Origin: a virus
Lineage: Duplodnaviria > Caudoviricetes
Length of the DNA: 64,000 nucleotides
Reading direction: 5' to 3' (one strand)
IMG/VR virus record: IMGVR_UViG_3300009712_000884
Coordinates: 7,795-71,794 of that record
Shown: positions 29,151 to 39,475 of the stretch, one piece after another
Position numbering within the stretch: position 1 is the stretch's first letter
Layout: each line of letters opens with the position of its first letter
The notes under the pieces: generated by a model
Databases searched by the model: none
What the model saw: the letters and a program-made list of their open reading frames with translations, nothing else
What the model was told of the DNA's origin: nothing
Position numbers and translations under genes: made by a program

Positions 29151-31131
29151 AGGATTAGGTGGTTATCAAAAGAAAGCAGAACTTGACTTCAGTAATCTAG
29201 GTCTTGTGTTGCTGGACGGAGAAAATGGTTCTGGAAAAAGTTCGATTCTTGATAGTTTAACATGGATTTTGTTTGATAAGACTGTTAGAGGTGTAAGTAA
29301 AGATGGCTGGTTAAATGAGACAACACAAAAAGGATGGGGAACTGTTGTTTTAACAGGTGATAAGATATATGAGATTACAAGAATAAGAGATAGAAGTGGT
29401 GTAAAGTTGATTTTGAAAGAAGACGGACAGGAGATACAGTTAAGGAGAACACAGGATAGTCAAGAGTATGTAGAGGAAAAGATCGGTTCATATGATCTTT
29501 TTGTGAACAGTGTGATGTTCGGTCAGGGTGATCTTCTTGAACTTGCATTTGCAACAGATAGTAGAAGAAAAGAGATAGTTGGTGAATTGCTAGGTTTTGA
29601 TGAAATCGATCATGTTCTTGATGTATTAAAAGAACAGTATCGTTTGGTTGAGCTTGCTATTTCATCCTTAGATACTATTTTGTTTCAGTATAAACATCAG
29701 CTAGAAGAGTTAAAATATGTTACTGAAGAGTCTTGGTCAAAGGTTGATAAAGATATTGCTGATGTAGTGTTACAACTTGAACAAGTAAAAGCTACAAGAG
29801 AAACGATAGAAAAGAAAAGTTTACTTTTAAAGGAATGTAAAAGATATACAGATAAAATTGAGCAGCTAGAGAAACAGTTGTTACAAAAATCTGAGTTAAG
29901 TCAAAGGTTGGAAGAACTTAAATCACAGTTGTCTGTGTTTGCAGAGTGTGAAGCAAAGCGTGTTGTAGTTGAGAAACAGTTGGAGCAGATAACAGATGAA
30001 CTTAATGCGTTGTCTTTTGAGAAAGGACAGTTTGTTTTTTTACAGGATTCGTTGCAAGAGAAGATACAGCAATTGACAAAGATTGAAGGTCAGTGCCCAA
30101 CATGTTTACAAACATTATCAGAGGTAAAGAGACAAGAAATTCTCACTAAGTTACAGGGTGAGTTAAATAAAATATATGTAGACATGGAAAAAATAAATGA
30201 GAATTTTGTTATAAAGAAGAATACACAGGATGAGTTGAAGAAAACTGTACAGATGTTAAAAAATCAGTTAAAAGTTGTTAAACAGCTTGAAGCAGAACAT
30301 GCTGTTATTGAAGAAAAACTTAAGGTGTTAAATCAGTGTGAAGATGAATTAAATAGACTTAAAGAAGAAATTACACAACTAGTTATACAGGTTCCTGAAT
30401 TGTTACAAGAGAAGCTAGTTGAGCAGATACAAGATATGTTATTACAGTTGGAATGTGAATTACAGAAATCACAATTACAAGAGACAGAGTTGCAGGAGAG
30501 AAGATTAAATCTAGAAAAAACGAAGGCACGAATTGAAAGTCGGCTTACTATGAAAAACGAATTTAGTAAGAAAGTAAGCAATGTAGAGGTTGAATATACC
30601 AAACGGAAAGAGCAGCTACGACATTTAGAGTTTTTGGTTGATTTACTTGGTTTAAAAGGTGTGAAAAATATTGTACTGGGGAATGTAATTCCTTTTCTTG
30701 AGAAGGAGATGAACATTTATCTAGGTTTTTTGTTACCACAGGTTAGAGTCGAGTTTTCAACACAAAGACAAGGTAAAAATAAAGCTTATAATGAATTTAC
30801 AATAAACTTGTTTGAATATGGTAATGAAAATAGCCGTGATTTTAGATTATGGTCTGGTGGTGAAAAAATGCTGATTTGTCTCGCTCTTAGGTTTGCGTTG
30901 TGGAGAATGTTACATTTGTTTGGAAGAAGACCTCTTGATATCTTGTTTCTTGACGAGGTATTTGGATGTCTTGATGATATACATAGAGACAAGGTTTTTG
31001 AGTTTCTTGAATGGCAGCAACATGAATTACAGATTCCAATAATTGTAGTTGAGCATATACCAGAAATAAAAGAGAGGTTTGGTTTTGTTTTAAGTGTAAG
31101 AAAGGGGTTAAATGGCAGCGAAATCGGTTGA
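29125..31131 (+). CDS. sbcC: SbcC/Rad50-like ATPase
   Basis: GENGSGKS, coiled coil with CPTC hook, signature WSGGE, LFLDEVFGCLD, VEH. Confidence 0.92.
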   Translation: MKIQRLSFEGLGGYQKKAELDFSNLGLVLLDGENGSGKSSILDSLTWILFDKTVRGVSKDGWLNETTQKGWGTVVLTGDKIYEITRIRDRSGVKLILKEDGQEIQLRRTQDSQEYVEEKIGSYDLFVNSVMFGQGDLLELAFATDSRRKEIVGELLGFDEIDHVLDVLKEQYRLVELAISSLDTILFQYKHQLEELKYVTEESWSKVDKDIADVVLQLEQVKATRETIEKKSLLLKECKRYTDKIEQLEKQLLQKSELSQRLEELKSQLSVFAECEAKRVVVEKQLEQITDELNALSFEKGQFVFLQDSLQEKIQQLTKIEGQCPTCLQTLSEVKRQEILTKLQGELNKIYVDMEKINENFVIKKNTQDELKKTVQMLKNQLKVVKQLEAEHAVIEEKLKVLNQCEDELNRLKEEITQLVIQVPELLQEKLVEQIQDMLLQLECELQKSQLQETELQERRLNLEKTKARIESRLTMKNEFSKKVSNVEVEYTKRKEQLRHLEFLVDLLGLKGVKNIVLGNVIPFLEKEMNIYLGFLLPQVRVEFSTQRQGKNKAYNEFTINLFEYGNENSRDFRLWSGGEKMLICLALRFALWRMLHLFGRRPLDILFLDEVFGCLDDIHRDKVFEFLEWQQHELQIPIIVVEHIPEIKERFGFVLSVRKGLNGSEIG

Positions 31132-32365
31132 TAATAAAGCGAAGCTTTTATTTGTTGGTAATTCTCCTACTATTTTACACAGTGGACAGTCAGTTGTTTC
31201 AAGAGCTTTGTGTGCTCGTTTATCTCAGGTTTTTGAACTAGCTGTAGCAGGTTGGGGTTATAATGGAGAGGTACATGGTTTTCCATTTCATATTTATCCA
31301 TCAAACTATGAATGGTGGCGAGTTATCAAAGATTTTAAACCAGATGTATTGTTTTTATCTCATGATGTATGGAGATTTGCACAGTTAGTCTCTGTTAGAA
31401 AAGAATATCCAGATTTGAAGATTGTTGGATATTTTACTATTGACGGTGATCCATTACCTGGTTCGTGGATTCCAATTCTTAATTGTTGTGATCTAGTTTT
31501 AGTTCCTTCGCGTTTTGGGAAAGAAGTTATTGAGGAAAGATGGACAGTAAAACCAGTACTTGTTGTACCTCAAGGTGTTGAACCTTTTTTCTTTGTTGAC
31601 GCCGGCGAAGATAAAGAAAACTTAAAAAAGGAAGTTGACGAGAAAACATTTAAAATGGCTTCAGAGTTAAATAGAAGTGAGAAAGACATGATTTTGTATA
31701 GTAATAAGTTTGTTGTATTTTTTTGTGGCATGAATCAAACAAAGAAAAATATTGGTACAATTCTTGATGGTTTTACTGAGTTTGCACATGGTAAGAATGA
31801 TGTATGTTTGAATTTAATTTTACATAGCCATGTTTTTTCACAGTTTGGTCTGGAGACAGTTGGTGATTATGATGTTCGTGATATGTATTCTTGGATGTCG
31901 GAGAGAGATAAAATATATCTTGTTGATGCAGCAGTTAATGATGATACTTTGAAGAGTTTTTATGGTGTTGCTGATGTGTTGTTGTCGCCTTCTATTGGTG
32001 AAGGATTTGGACTGTTTGTTCTTGAAGCAATGGCAGCAAAGGTTATACCTATTTTAACAGAGTATTCTGCTTTTATTGAGTGGCCAGATAGAAATGCAAT
32101 GTTTTTAATGAAACCTGATGCTCTTTTTCGTTCATACTGGAATGTAAATAGAGCGATTGTAAGTAGTGATACAGTTGCTAGAACATTGGAAAGAGCTTAT
32201 ACAGTTTGGAAGTATGCTCCTGAACGCTGGAGGAAGATGCAGGAATTGAATCAACAGCGAGTATTAATGTTTACTTGGGATGTGTGTGTGCAGAAAATTG
32301 TACCAGTACTTGTAAAGTTGATAAATGGTGAAATTTTTATAAAAACCGGAGTAAAAAGATTATGA
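31112..32365 (+). CDS. Glycosyltransferase, GT4-like (GT-B)
   Basis: ADVLLSPSIGEGFGLFVLEAMA; NQTKKN. Confidence 0.88.
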   Translation: MAAKSVDNKAKLLFVGNSPTILHSGQSVVSRALCARLSQVFELAVAGWGYNGEVHGFPFHIYPSNYEWWRVIKDFKPDVLFLSHDVWRFAQLVSVRKEYPDLKIVGYFTIDGDPLPGSWIPILNCCDLVLVPSRFGKEVIEERWTVKPVLVVPQGVEPFFFVDAGEDKENLKKEVDEKTFKMASELNRSEKDMILYSNKFVVFFCGMNQTKKNIGTILDGFTEFAHGKNDVCLNLILHSHVFSQFGLETVGDYDVRDMYSWMSERDKIYLVDAAVNDDTLKSFYGVADVLLSPSIGEGFGLFVLEAMAAKVIPILTEYSAFIEWPDRNAMFLMKPDALFRSYWNVNRAIVSSDTVARTLERAYTVWKYAPERWRKMQELNQQRVLMFTWDVCVQKIVPVLVKLINGEIFIKTGVKRL

Positions 32366-33495
32366 AAGAGCTATTATTTGTTGGTCATTGTAGTGGTCCA
32401 GGTGGCTATGAAAGACATGGTAGGTTGATTTTAAAAGGTTTAGTAGAGAATCAAGTAAAAGTACAGATAATAGAGTTACCTTATACTCGCTACAGTGTGT
32501 ATTTACCTGAAGATCATCGTGTTTTGATTACACAAGCGAAAGCAACTCAGGTGTCTTTAACAGCTCCGGTAATGTTCTTATGTGTACCAAATCTTATTTA
32601 TAAAAAAAGAGAAGATGGACAAGGACCATACTTTGGTAGAAAAAATATTAGTTATACAACATTTGAAGCAGATAGGATTTGTGATGAGTGGGTGCGGATT
32701 GGTAATACACTGGATTTAACAATTGTAACAAATAAGTTTATAAAACAGGTGTGGATTGAAAGTGGTGTTAAAGAAAAAAAGGTAGAAGTCGTTGGTGAAG
32801 GTACATTTCCTGAATTGTTTTATCCGGAAGTTGAACCATTAGAATTGGTTGATGAAAATGGTGTATCTTTGATGCAAAAACATAAGAACAGATTTATTGC
32901 TGTTATGGAGTATTCACCAAGAAAGAATTTTGAAGGGTTGTTAAAAGCATTTGTAAAAGCATTTGAAGGCGATGAAGAAACTTGTTTGATCATAAAGTTA
33001 TCTAAACTTGAAAATTGGATGAGAAGATTACCGGTACTTGATGTAAATACAAGAAAAGCATATGTTTATATTTATGATTTTCTTTTACCTGATTTTGTAA
33101 TGCCACGTTTTTTAGCAGTTGGTACTCATTATTTTTCATTATCACATGGTGAAGGATGGGATTTAACATGTAATGATATGGCAGCAATGAAAAAAGTTCT
33201 TGTTGTACCAGCTCATACTGCATATTTATCTTATTTGAATTCTGATATAGCTTATTTAGTTAAAGCTGATAAGAAAGTACCTGCATATCAGCCACCTCCA
33301 CTAGATGTGTTTTTTAAAGGTGCACACTGGTGGGAACCTGATATCGATGATGCTGTAGATAAGTTAAGGGCTTCAGTAAACAAAGATAATACAGTGATGA
33401 TAGAACATTTATATACACACATTATGAAGTATTATACATGGAAAAATGTGGGGAAAAATCTAGTTAAGGTGTTAACACAAAGAGGTATTTTATGA
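32362..33495 (+). CDS. Glycosyltransferase, GT4-like (GT-B)
   Basis: GYERHGR, YTTFEA, PRKNFEGLLKAF, SHGEGWDL. Confidence 0.82.
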   Translation: MKELLFVGHCSGPGGYERHGRLILKGLVENQVKVQIIELPYTRYSVYLPEDHRVLITQAKATQVSLTAPVMFLCVPNLIYKKREDGQGPYFGRKNISYTTFEADRICDEWVRIGNTLDLTIVTNKFIKQVWIESGVKEKKVEVVGEGTFPELFYPEVEPLELVDENGVSLMQKHKNRFIAVMEYSPRKNFEGLLKAFVKAFEGDEETCLIIKLSKLENWMRRLPVLDVNTRKAYVYIYDFLLPDFVMPRFLAVGTHYFSLSHGEGWDLTCNDMAAMKKVLVVPAHTAYLSYLNSDIAYLVKADKKVPAYQPPPLDVFFKGAHWWEPDIDDAVDKLRASVNKDNTVMIEHLYTHIMKYYTWKNVGKNLVKVLTQRGIL

Positions 33496-34079
33496 AAGGA
33501 GTTAGTTTTGTTACAATAGTTCAAAACGAGGAGAAATATATTGGTCGGCTGCTGGATTCTGTTATACCGCGTTTTAAAGAAGGATTGTTAAAAGAGATTA
33601 TTGTTATTGATGGTGTTTCTAGAGATAATACTGTTCAAGTATGTCTGGAGAAGGGTGTAACAGTAGTTTCACATTCTTTTAATCTTCATTTTGGTGATCA
33701 AAGGAATTTTGCAATTTCATTGGCACACTATGAGTGGATTTTAATGCTTGATGCAGATGAGGTTCTTGAGGAAAAATTTTGGAGTATATTACCGTCACTT
33801 GTTGAACAACAAGAATTTGATGTTTATGCATTTCCGAGAAAAAATTATATAGACGATGTTTTTGATGAAAAAAGTTATCCAGATTACCAATATAGACTTT
33901 TTCGACGTTTTTGTAGATGGATTTATCCAGTGCACGAGGAGCTGGTCGGATGGCGAAATGCTAAAAAACTTGATGTACATATTATTCATGCAAAAGACAC
34001 AGCAAAATTGAATTGGTGTAATGAAACGCTGTATCCTTTGATTGAGAAACTTTGGAAAGTTGATACAAGGGGAAATTAA
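33492..34079 (+). CDS. Glycosyltransferase, GT2-like
   Basis: NEEKYI, VIDGVSRDNT, QRNFAI, LDADE, YPDYQYRLF, VHE. Confidence 0.88.
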   Translation: MKGVSFVTIVQNEEKYIGRLLDSVIPRFKEGLLKEIIVIDGVSRDNTVQVCLEKGVTVVSHSFNLHFGDQRNFAISLAHYEWILMLDADEVLEEKFWSILPSLVEQQEFDVYAFPRKNYIDDVFDEKSYPDYQYRLFRRFCRWIYPVHEELVGWRNAKKLDVHIIHAKDTAKLNWCNETLYPLIEKLWKVDTRGN

Positions 34080-34798
34080 TGATAAAAGTTTTGATTCTTG
34101 ATGGTGGAAAGTCGTTGAGAATGGGTGGTAAACCGAAATGTTTGACTTTTGTAGGTGGTAAAACAGTCCTTACACGCCAGCTAGATTGGTTGTCAAAATA
34201 TGGTATACAAAAGTCTAGTGTTGTTATTTCAGTTGGTGTAAACAAGGAGTTGGTTGATGTATGTCATACATTGGGTTTGAAATGTTTTAGTGAGTCAACC
34301 CCTCTTGGTGATGGTGGTGCTATTAGATATACTGTTGAAAAGTATATAAGCAAGGAAGATTGTTTGTTGGTGTTGAATGGAGATTTGCTGTTGAATTTTG
34401 ATCTACAATCATTTCTGTCTGAAGCATATTTGTTGAAAGACAAAAACCTTGTTGGTATTGTAGCAGCAACTCAAATACGATTACAGGTTGGTGTGTTGTC
34501 TCCTGGTGCTGTGTACAATGAAAGCACTACTACGAGAAAGCTTGTTCGTTTTGTTGAAAAACCTATATTACATGATATGTTCTGCAGTTGTGGTGTGTAT
34601 TTACTTAGTTCAAGAGTAAAAGAATGTATAACTAGTGAGAATCCTGTAGATTTCGCTCGTGATGTTATTCAGCAAAATATTGAGAAATTTGGTGTGCATG
34701 TAGTTGATGTTACACAATGGTTTCCAGTAGAAACTGAGAAAGACGTACTTTTGGCAAGAGATCTGGTCTATACATGGAGTAAAGGAGGTAATACATGA
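34079..34798 (+). CDS. Sugar-phosphate nucleotidyltransferase
   Basis: ILDGGKSLRM..KPK, PLGDGGA, VLNGD, FVEKP, GVYL. Confidence 0.85.
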   Translation: MIKVLILDGGKSLRMGGKPKCLTFVGGKTVLTRQLDWLSKYGIQKSSVVISVGVNKELVDVCHTLGLKCFSESTPLGDGGAIRYTVEKYISKEDCLLVLNGDLLLNFDLQSFLSEAYLLKDKNLVGIVAATQIRLQVGVLSPGAVYNESTTTRKLVRFVEKPILHDMFCSCGVYLLSSRVKECITSENPVDFARDVIQQNIEKFGVHVVDVTQWFPVETEKDVLLARDLVYTWSKGGNT

Positions 34799-35787
34799 AA
34801 TTTTTAGTAACTGGTGCATCAGGTTTTGTTGGTTCATATTTTTGTAAAAGATTGGTTGAAGATGGACATTCGGTAGTTGGTTGGGTAAAAAACAGAGGGA
34901 GTTATTCAAATTTAGATTATTATAGGATAAAAGATAAGATCGACTTAGTTGAAGGAGATCTTAGTGATTTTAGTTGTGTGAGTTTTAATTTATCAGGATA
35001 TGAGTTTGACATGGTTTTACATTTTGGCGCTCAAGCCATTGTGAAAAAAGCACAGGAAAATCCGTTTTATACATTGAAAACAAATATAATGAGCACTACG
35101 AATCTTCTTGAGTATGTAAGGCTGTGTAATAAGGATTTAAAATGTTTTGTACAAATGTCAACTGATAAAGTCTATGGTAATAAAGCATTTGCTGTCGAAG
35201 ACTCGGTTTATGAAGTTACAGACCCTTATTCGGCATCAAAGATTGCTGCAGAACAGGTGTGTTTTACATATAGAGATGTTTATCATGTTCCTTTGTTGAT
35301 GATCAGGGCTTGTAATATATATGGTGCAGGAGATTATAATAAACGTGTAATTCCAAACACAATAAAATCCCTTTTAGAAACTAATTCAGCTGTGTTGTTT
35401 GAAGGGGACGATAAAATGTATAGAGAGTATATTTATATTGAAGATTTATACAGTGCAATGATCTATCTCTTGAGAAATATTTCACATTTTGACAGCAATC
35501 AAACAGGTGTATTTAATATTGCACCTACGGAGAGAAAGTGTATAGTGTCAACTCGGGATATTGTTCAATGTTTGTGTGATATTCATTATGTTCAGACTGG
35601 ATGTGAAGTATCTATAGTAAAGAAACCAGGAAAAACATTTGTTGAAATACAAAAGCAAGGATTAGTAACTGATAAAATAAGAGAGTTAGGTTGGAAATCA
35701 CAAAATACTTTGGAGCAAGGATTACTGTTGACATATAAATGGTATAAGGAGCACCAAGATTTTTTTGATATGGTGAAAAAAAGATGA
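34795..35787 (+). CDS. NAD-dependent NDP-sugar 4,6-dehydratase/epimerase (RfbG-like)
   Basis: LVTGASGFVG, STDKVYG, DPYSASK (YxxxK), RACNIYG. Confidence 0.9.
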   Translation: MKFLVTGASGFVGSYFCKRLVEDGHSVVGWVKNRGSYSNLDYYRIKDKIDLVEGDLSDFSCVSFNLSGYEFDMVLHFGAQAIVKKAQENPFYTLKTNIMSTTNLLEYVRLCNKDLKCFVQMSTDKVYGNKAFAVEDSVYEVTDPYSASKIAAEQVCFTYRDVYHVPLLMIRACNIYGAGDYNKRVIPNTIKSLLETNSAVLFEGDDKMYREYIYIEDLYSAMIYLLRNISHFDSNQTGVFNIAPTERKCIVSTRDIVQCLCDIHYVQTGCEVSIVKKPGKTFVEIQKQGLVTDKIRELGWKSQNTLEQGLLLTYKWYKEHQDFFDMVKKR

Positions 35788-36872
35788 GTAATAAAAGAGA
35801 AAAAGTGAGAATTTGTATAAATTTACCGGGTACAATTAAGAATGGTTATTATTCTCCTGAAAGAGGCGAGAGTCGTTGGGCACAAAATCTTTTATGTATA
35901 TTAGGTCGAAGAGATTATGATGTAATTGGTTGTAGTGTTGCTAGACCGGAATGGGGTGACTGTGAGATTCTTTCGTCGGTCAAATTTTGTAGTTTGACAG
36001 AAGCAAAACAGGAATCACATAGAAAAATGTTTGATATACTCTTTGATTCTTCTTGGTTTCATCCAGGTATGACCGAGTTTTACAGTGATTTTAATGCTGA
36101 CGTGTTTTTGCATGGACACTGGGGTGGTTGTTGTCTAGAAGAACCTGGTCGTTTTCCTGACGAGAGACATTATATTGTATATCCGAATTTACAGGTAAGT
36201 CAAAGTATGCTTTCTTGTGCATTTATACATAGAAACAGACATTTGTTTCTTCCTATGCCTTTGATTTTTAGAGTTGAAAACTGGGTAAAAAAGAAAGAAA
36301 AAGTATTAACTTGGTGTATTAAAGAGGCGTTTTACAAGAGAAAAGAACAGAATTTACGTGAGCGAGCATTAAGGTTATGGAGAGTATGTGATGAGCTGTA
36401 TGAGAAACATGATGTGATGTTACATGTTTTGCAGGGAGATCAGTTAGTAGAGGAAACTTCAGAAAACGACTTGAGTTATGTTGAAAATTTAAGAAATACT
36501 CGGTTAATGTCAAAAGCTGTGTTTTATGGTAACTATACAGCATATGATATTGTTCAAAGAATACTATTTAATTCATCAGTATTGTTTAGAACAGGTGAAC
36601 CACCTGGTGCACCTATGGAGTATGAAGCTGTAGCAATGGGTTGTTTACCTTTAATTTGGAAGTCACAGCAACATCCATTTAGTAAGTATTATGATTGTTT
36701 TGGTTTAACATTAAGTGATGAGTTGTCGTTTGGTGAGTTAAAAGAAAGAATTGAAGTGCTTATGTTTGACGAAAGAGTTAGAAAACAACTTTGGGAAATG
36801 TGTAAAGTAGAACTGAGTTTACATTTTGATTATAAGTTTATTGAAGATCAGTTGTTTTCAGTGTTAAAGTAA
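35784..36872 (+). CDS. Hypothetical protein, possibly a divergent GT-B glycosyltransferase
   Basis: Inside the GT cluster; GAPMEYEAVAMGCLP resembles the GT4 E-A-x-A-x-G motif. Confidence 0.45.
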   Translation: MSNKREKVRICINLPGTIKNGYYSPERGESRWAQNLLCILGRRDYDVIGCSVARPEWGDCEILSSVKFCSLTEAKQESHRKMFDILFDSSWFHPGMTEFYSDFNADVFLHGHWGGCCLEEPGRFPDERHYIVYPNLQVSQSMLSCAFIHRNRHLFLPMPLIFRVENWVKKKEKVLTWCIKEAFYKRKEQNLRERALRLWRVCDELYEKHDVMLHVLQGDQLVEETSENDLSYVENLRNTRLMSKAVFYGNYTAYDIVQRILFNSSVLFRTGEPPGAPMEYEAVAMGCLPLIWKSQQHPFSKYYDCFGLTLSDELSFGELKERIEVLMFDERVRKQLWEMCKVELSLHFDYKFIEDQLFSVLK

Positions 36873-36873
36873 G

Positions 36874-37749
36874 ATGAAAAAGCCAAGAATTTCTGTTTAT
36901 ACAACATGCAGAGATGCTATTGATAACGAGTTTACTTTGTTTGAAGGGTTAATACAAGCGCTGAAATTTTGTGATGAGTTTGTGTATGTTGATGGTGGTT
37001 CGGTTGATGGTACACTTGAGTATATGAATATGCTAATGAAACGTTTTCCACAAATTCGTGCGTATAGATATAATGAGTGTTTTGATGATACTCGGTTGTA
37101 TGCGGAGATGAAGAACAAAGCACTTGAATGTTGTACAGGTGATTGGGTTTTTTTAATGGATGCAGATGAAGTTTATGACGATTATTTGGTGTCACAGTTG
37201 TTGGAAAATAATAATTTTAATGAAAACGTAAAATTTCTTAAGTTTAATACAATTCATGTGTATGGTTATTATTATTTACAGTGTTACAAAGATCCTGTAA
37301 AAGGTCATACATATTACACATCCAGAGTCTATGGTTTCCAGAAAGGTCTGTGTAAACACGGACAGTGGAAGGATAATCCCGATGAACTCGTTAGGATTGA
37401 TACAGGTAAATCAGTTGATTTAAATGTTACAGAGGGATTACATTTACCTTTTAATGTGTGTCACTATGGACATTTGAGGAGTAATGAAGTTTATTTGCAG
37501 AGAAAAAATTTGATTGAAAAACGATTTGATAAGAATTGGAAGGATCTTGATAATTGGGATTTTAGCAGAATTGTTTCAAAGAATTCTGAATGTTTTAGTT
37601 TATTACCTTATTGTATGCATCCACAAATTATGCATCAGCGTTTTATATACACATTGGATGTTGATGGTCAAGTAAATAGAGAGAAGTTTTTGGGGCTTTA
37701 CAAAAGTTGGCTTGAAAATCTATGTAAAGAAGGAGAGTACAATGAGTAA
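36874..37749 (+). CDS. Glycosyltransferase, GT2-like
   Basis: YVDGGSVDGT, KNKALECCTGDW, MDADE, HYGH. Confidence 0.85.
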   Translation: MKKPRISVYTTCRDAIDNEFTLFEGLIQALKFCDEFVYVDGGSVDGTLEYMNMLMKRFPQIRAYRYNECFDDTRLYAEMKNKALECCTGDWVFLMDADEVYDDYLVSQLLENNNFNENVKFLKFNTIHVYGYYYLQCYKDPVKGHTYYTSRVYGFQKGLCKHGQWKDNPDELVRIDTGKSVDLNVTEGLHLPFNVCHYGHLRSNEVYLQRKNLIEKRFDKNWKDLDNWDFSRIVSKNSECFSLLPYCMHPQIMHQRFIYTLDVDGQVNREKFLGLYKSWLENLCKEGEYNE

Positions 37750-37909
37750 GGGAAGAGGAGACAGGTGTATTATAAGACCGAGAATGAGAATGCATTGTTT
37801 TATTGAAAAAAACATGGCAACAAGAATTGAGAAGGATAAAAGAAGAAAATGTCGAAAGAGAATTAAACAGGAATTTCAAAAGGAAATAGCTGAGTATGTT
37901 TGTAAATAG
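37742..37909 (+). CDS. Small basic hypothetical protein
   Basis: AGGAGAG RBS before ATG 37742; K/R-rich. Confidence 0.45.
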   Translation: MSKGRGDRCIIRPRMRMHCFIEKNMATRIEKDKRRKCRKRIKQEFQKEIAEYVCK

Positions 37910-37918
37910 GAGGAAATT

Positions 37919-39103
37919 ATGTTATCATTGGATAATTATATTGTGCGTGAAAAAATACCGATTGTAAACATTGTTTACAGGGAGGATACAGTAAGGGATT
38001 TGATGAATTTATATAAAGAGGTTTTAAGCGTAACGTGTATGCCGAAGGATGTTTTATCTACATGTACAGTAGCTGTAGAAGACATGAAAATATATCGTCT
38101 TTTAACTTTGTATAACTCTATAAAAGACAAAGGCTTTATATCATGTATGAGAGATCAGTTAGCTTTGGTTATGCGTGAACAAAAGTCAATTAAATCATAT
38201 TTTACATTGACCGAGATTGAAAATAATAAATATCAATTAGGTTGGGGTTATCATAGATTTGTTTGTGCTTTGTTACTAGGATTAAATGAGATAGATGCGT
38301 TTGTTGTAAAAAAGTTTGATAGAGCTAAATTTCCTTTGTTACAAAGATTTGTTGAAGAATTACAGAAGTCAGAATATAATTCTTTTTATCAAACAATATT
38401 TACACCAGGTGGTTTTATTAGAAAAGGTAGAGACGAGACACAAGAGGTGTTAGAGAGATTTGATGTACTGGGGTTTGAACAATATTTTGGAGAGTCGGTG
38501 TTAGATATAGCTTGTAGTACAGGAATGTTTGCTGTTGAGGCGAAGAGGCAAGGTGCGGATGAAGTCGTAGGTTTTGATGTTAGTGAATGTGCAATTTCAA
38601 AAGCACAGGAGTTATCCACACTGTTGGATTTAAAAGTTGATTTTTGTAATAGGAGTTTCAAAGATTTTTACAATGAGACGAGTAAAACAGATAAACAATA
38701 TGATTTCGTGTTTTGTAATCAATGTATTTATTCAATTGGTGAGTCGGGTGAGTCTGGTGAGTCGGTGTTAACGAAAGTTTGTTCATTGACAAAGAAAATA
38801 CTTTTTATGTACACATTTGTTGATCATCAGTCAGATTTACCTGGTTATAGACCTGTGAGAAAAAAGTTGTATAAAGATTTAAAGGAAAGAGGTTTTAAAG
38901 TTGTTGTTATAAGAGAAGCAGGTCATTGGCCCGCAAAGAAGAATGTTATTGCAATAAAAGACAACATGTATAGTGCTTATGTTTGCTGGAGGTATCCAGA
39001 TGAAGCTGTTGTTCTTTCTGATATTCAAACTTCTATATATGAATTTGATAGAGTAAAAAAGGTTTATAAACGACGTGTTTTTAAACAGAATGTTGAGTTG
39101 TAG
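37919..39103 (+). CDS. ParB/Srx-like domain fused to a class I SAM methyltransferase
   Basis: GYHRFVCALLLG (ParB GxHR motif); VLDIACSTGMF..GFD..YDFVF (SAM-binding). Confidence 0.7.
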   Translation: MLSLDNYIVREKIPIVNIVYREDTVRDLMNLYKEVLSVTCMPKDVLSTCTVAVEDMKIYRLLTLYNSIKDKGFISCMRDQLALVMREQKSIKSYFTLTEIENNKYQLGWGYHRFVCALLLGLNEIDAFVVKKFDRAKFPLLQRFVEELQKSEYNSFYQTIFTPGGFIRKGRDETQEVLERFDVLGFEQYFGESVLDIACSTGMFAVEAKRQGADEVVGFDVSECAISKAQELSTLLDLKVDFCNRSFKDFYNETSKTDKQYDFVFCNQCIYSIGESGESGESVLTKVCSLTKKILFMYTFVDHQSDLPGYRPVRKKLYKDLKERGFKVVVIREAGHWPAKKNVIAIKDNMYSAYVCWRYPDEAVVLSDIQTSIYEFDRVKKVYKRRVFKQNVEL

Positions 39104-39165
39104 AATTGATATTAAGATTCAGTATAATATATAAAAAGTGTAAAATAAAAACAGAGAGGTGTTAA

Positions 39166-39474
39166 ATGTTTAGATTAAAAAGAGAAGATTATACAAAGAA
39201 AGGAGTAGTTACAACGATATGATTGTTAATGGGTTTGGCGATGATTTGTATAATATTTACCATGGGATTTTTATCAGGAAGAATTTATGGATTTTTGAAA
39301 GAGCCGAAGATAATTAAGGATTGGGGACTTGTTTATGTAGATGGTTCAATACAGTGTGCTGATGGAGTCAGTACATTTTCAACAGCGGGAGTTGTTGGTG
39401 TTGTAAACATGAAGCGCTTAAGTCGTTTTTTAGGTGTGAGTAATAACTATTCTAAATTAATAGAGGAGAGATAA
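39166..39474 (+). pseudogene. Membrane protein reading frame interrupted by an in-frame TGA at 39220-39222
   Basis: GAGAGGT RBS before ATG 39166; the same frame continues as track ORF 39223-39474, which has no well-spaced RBS. Confidence 0.4.
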
Positions 39475-39475
39475 T

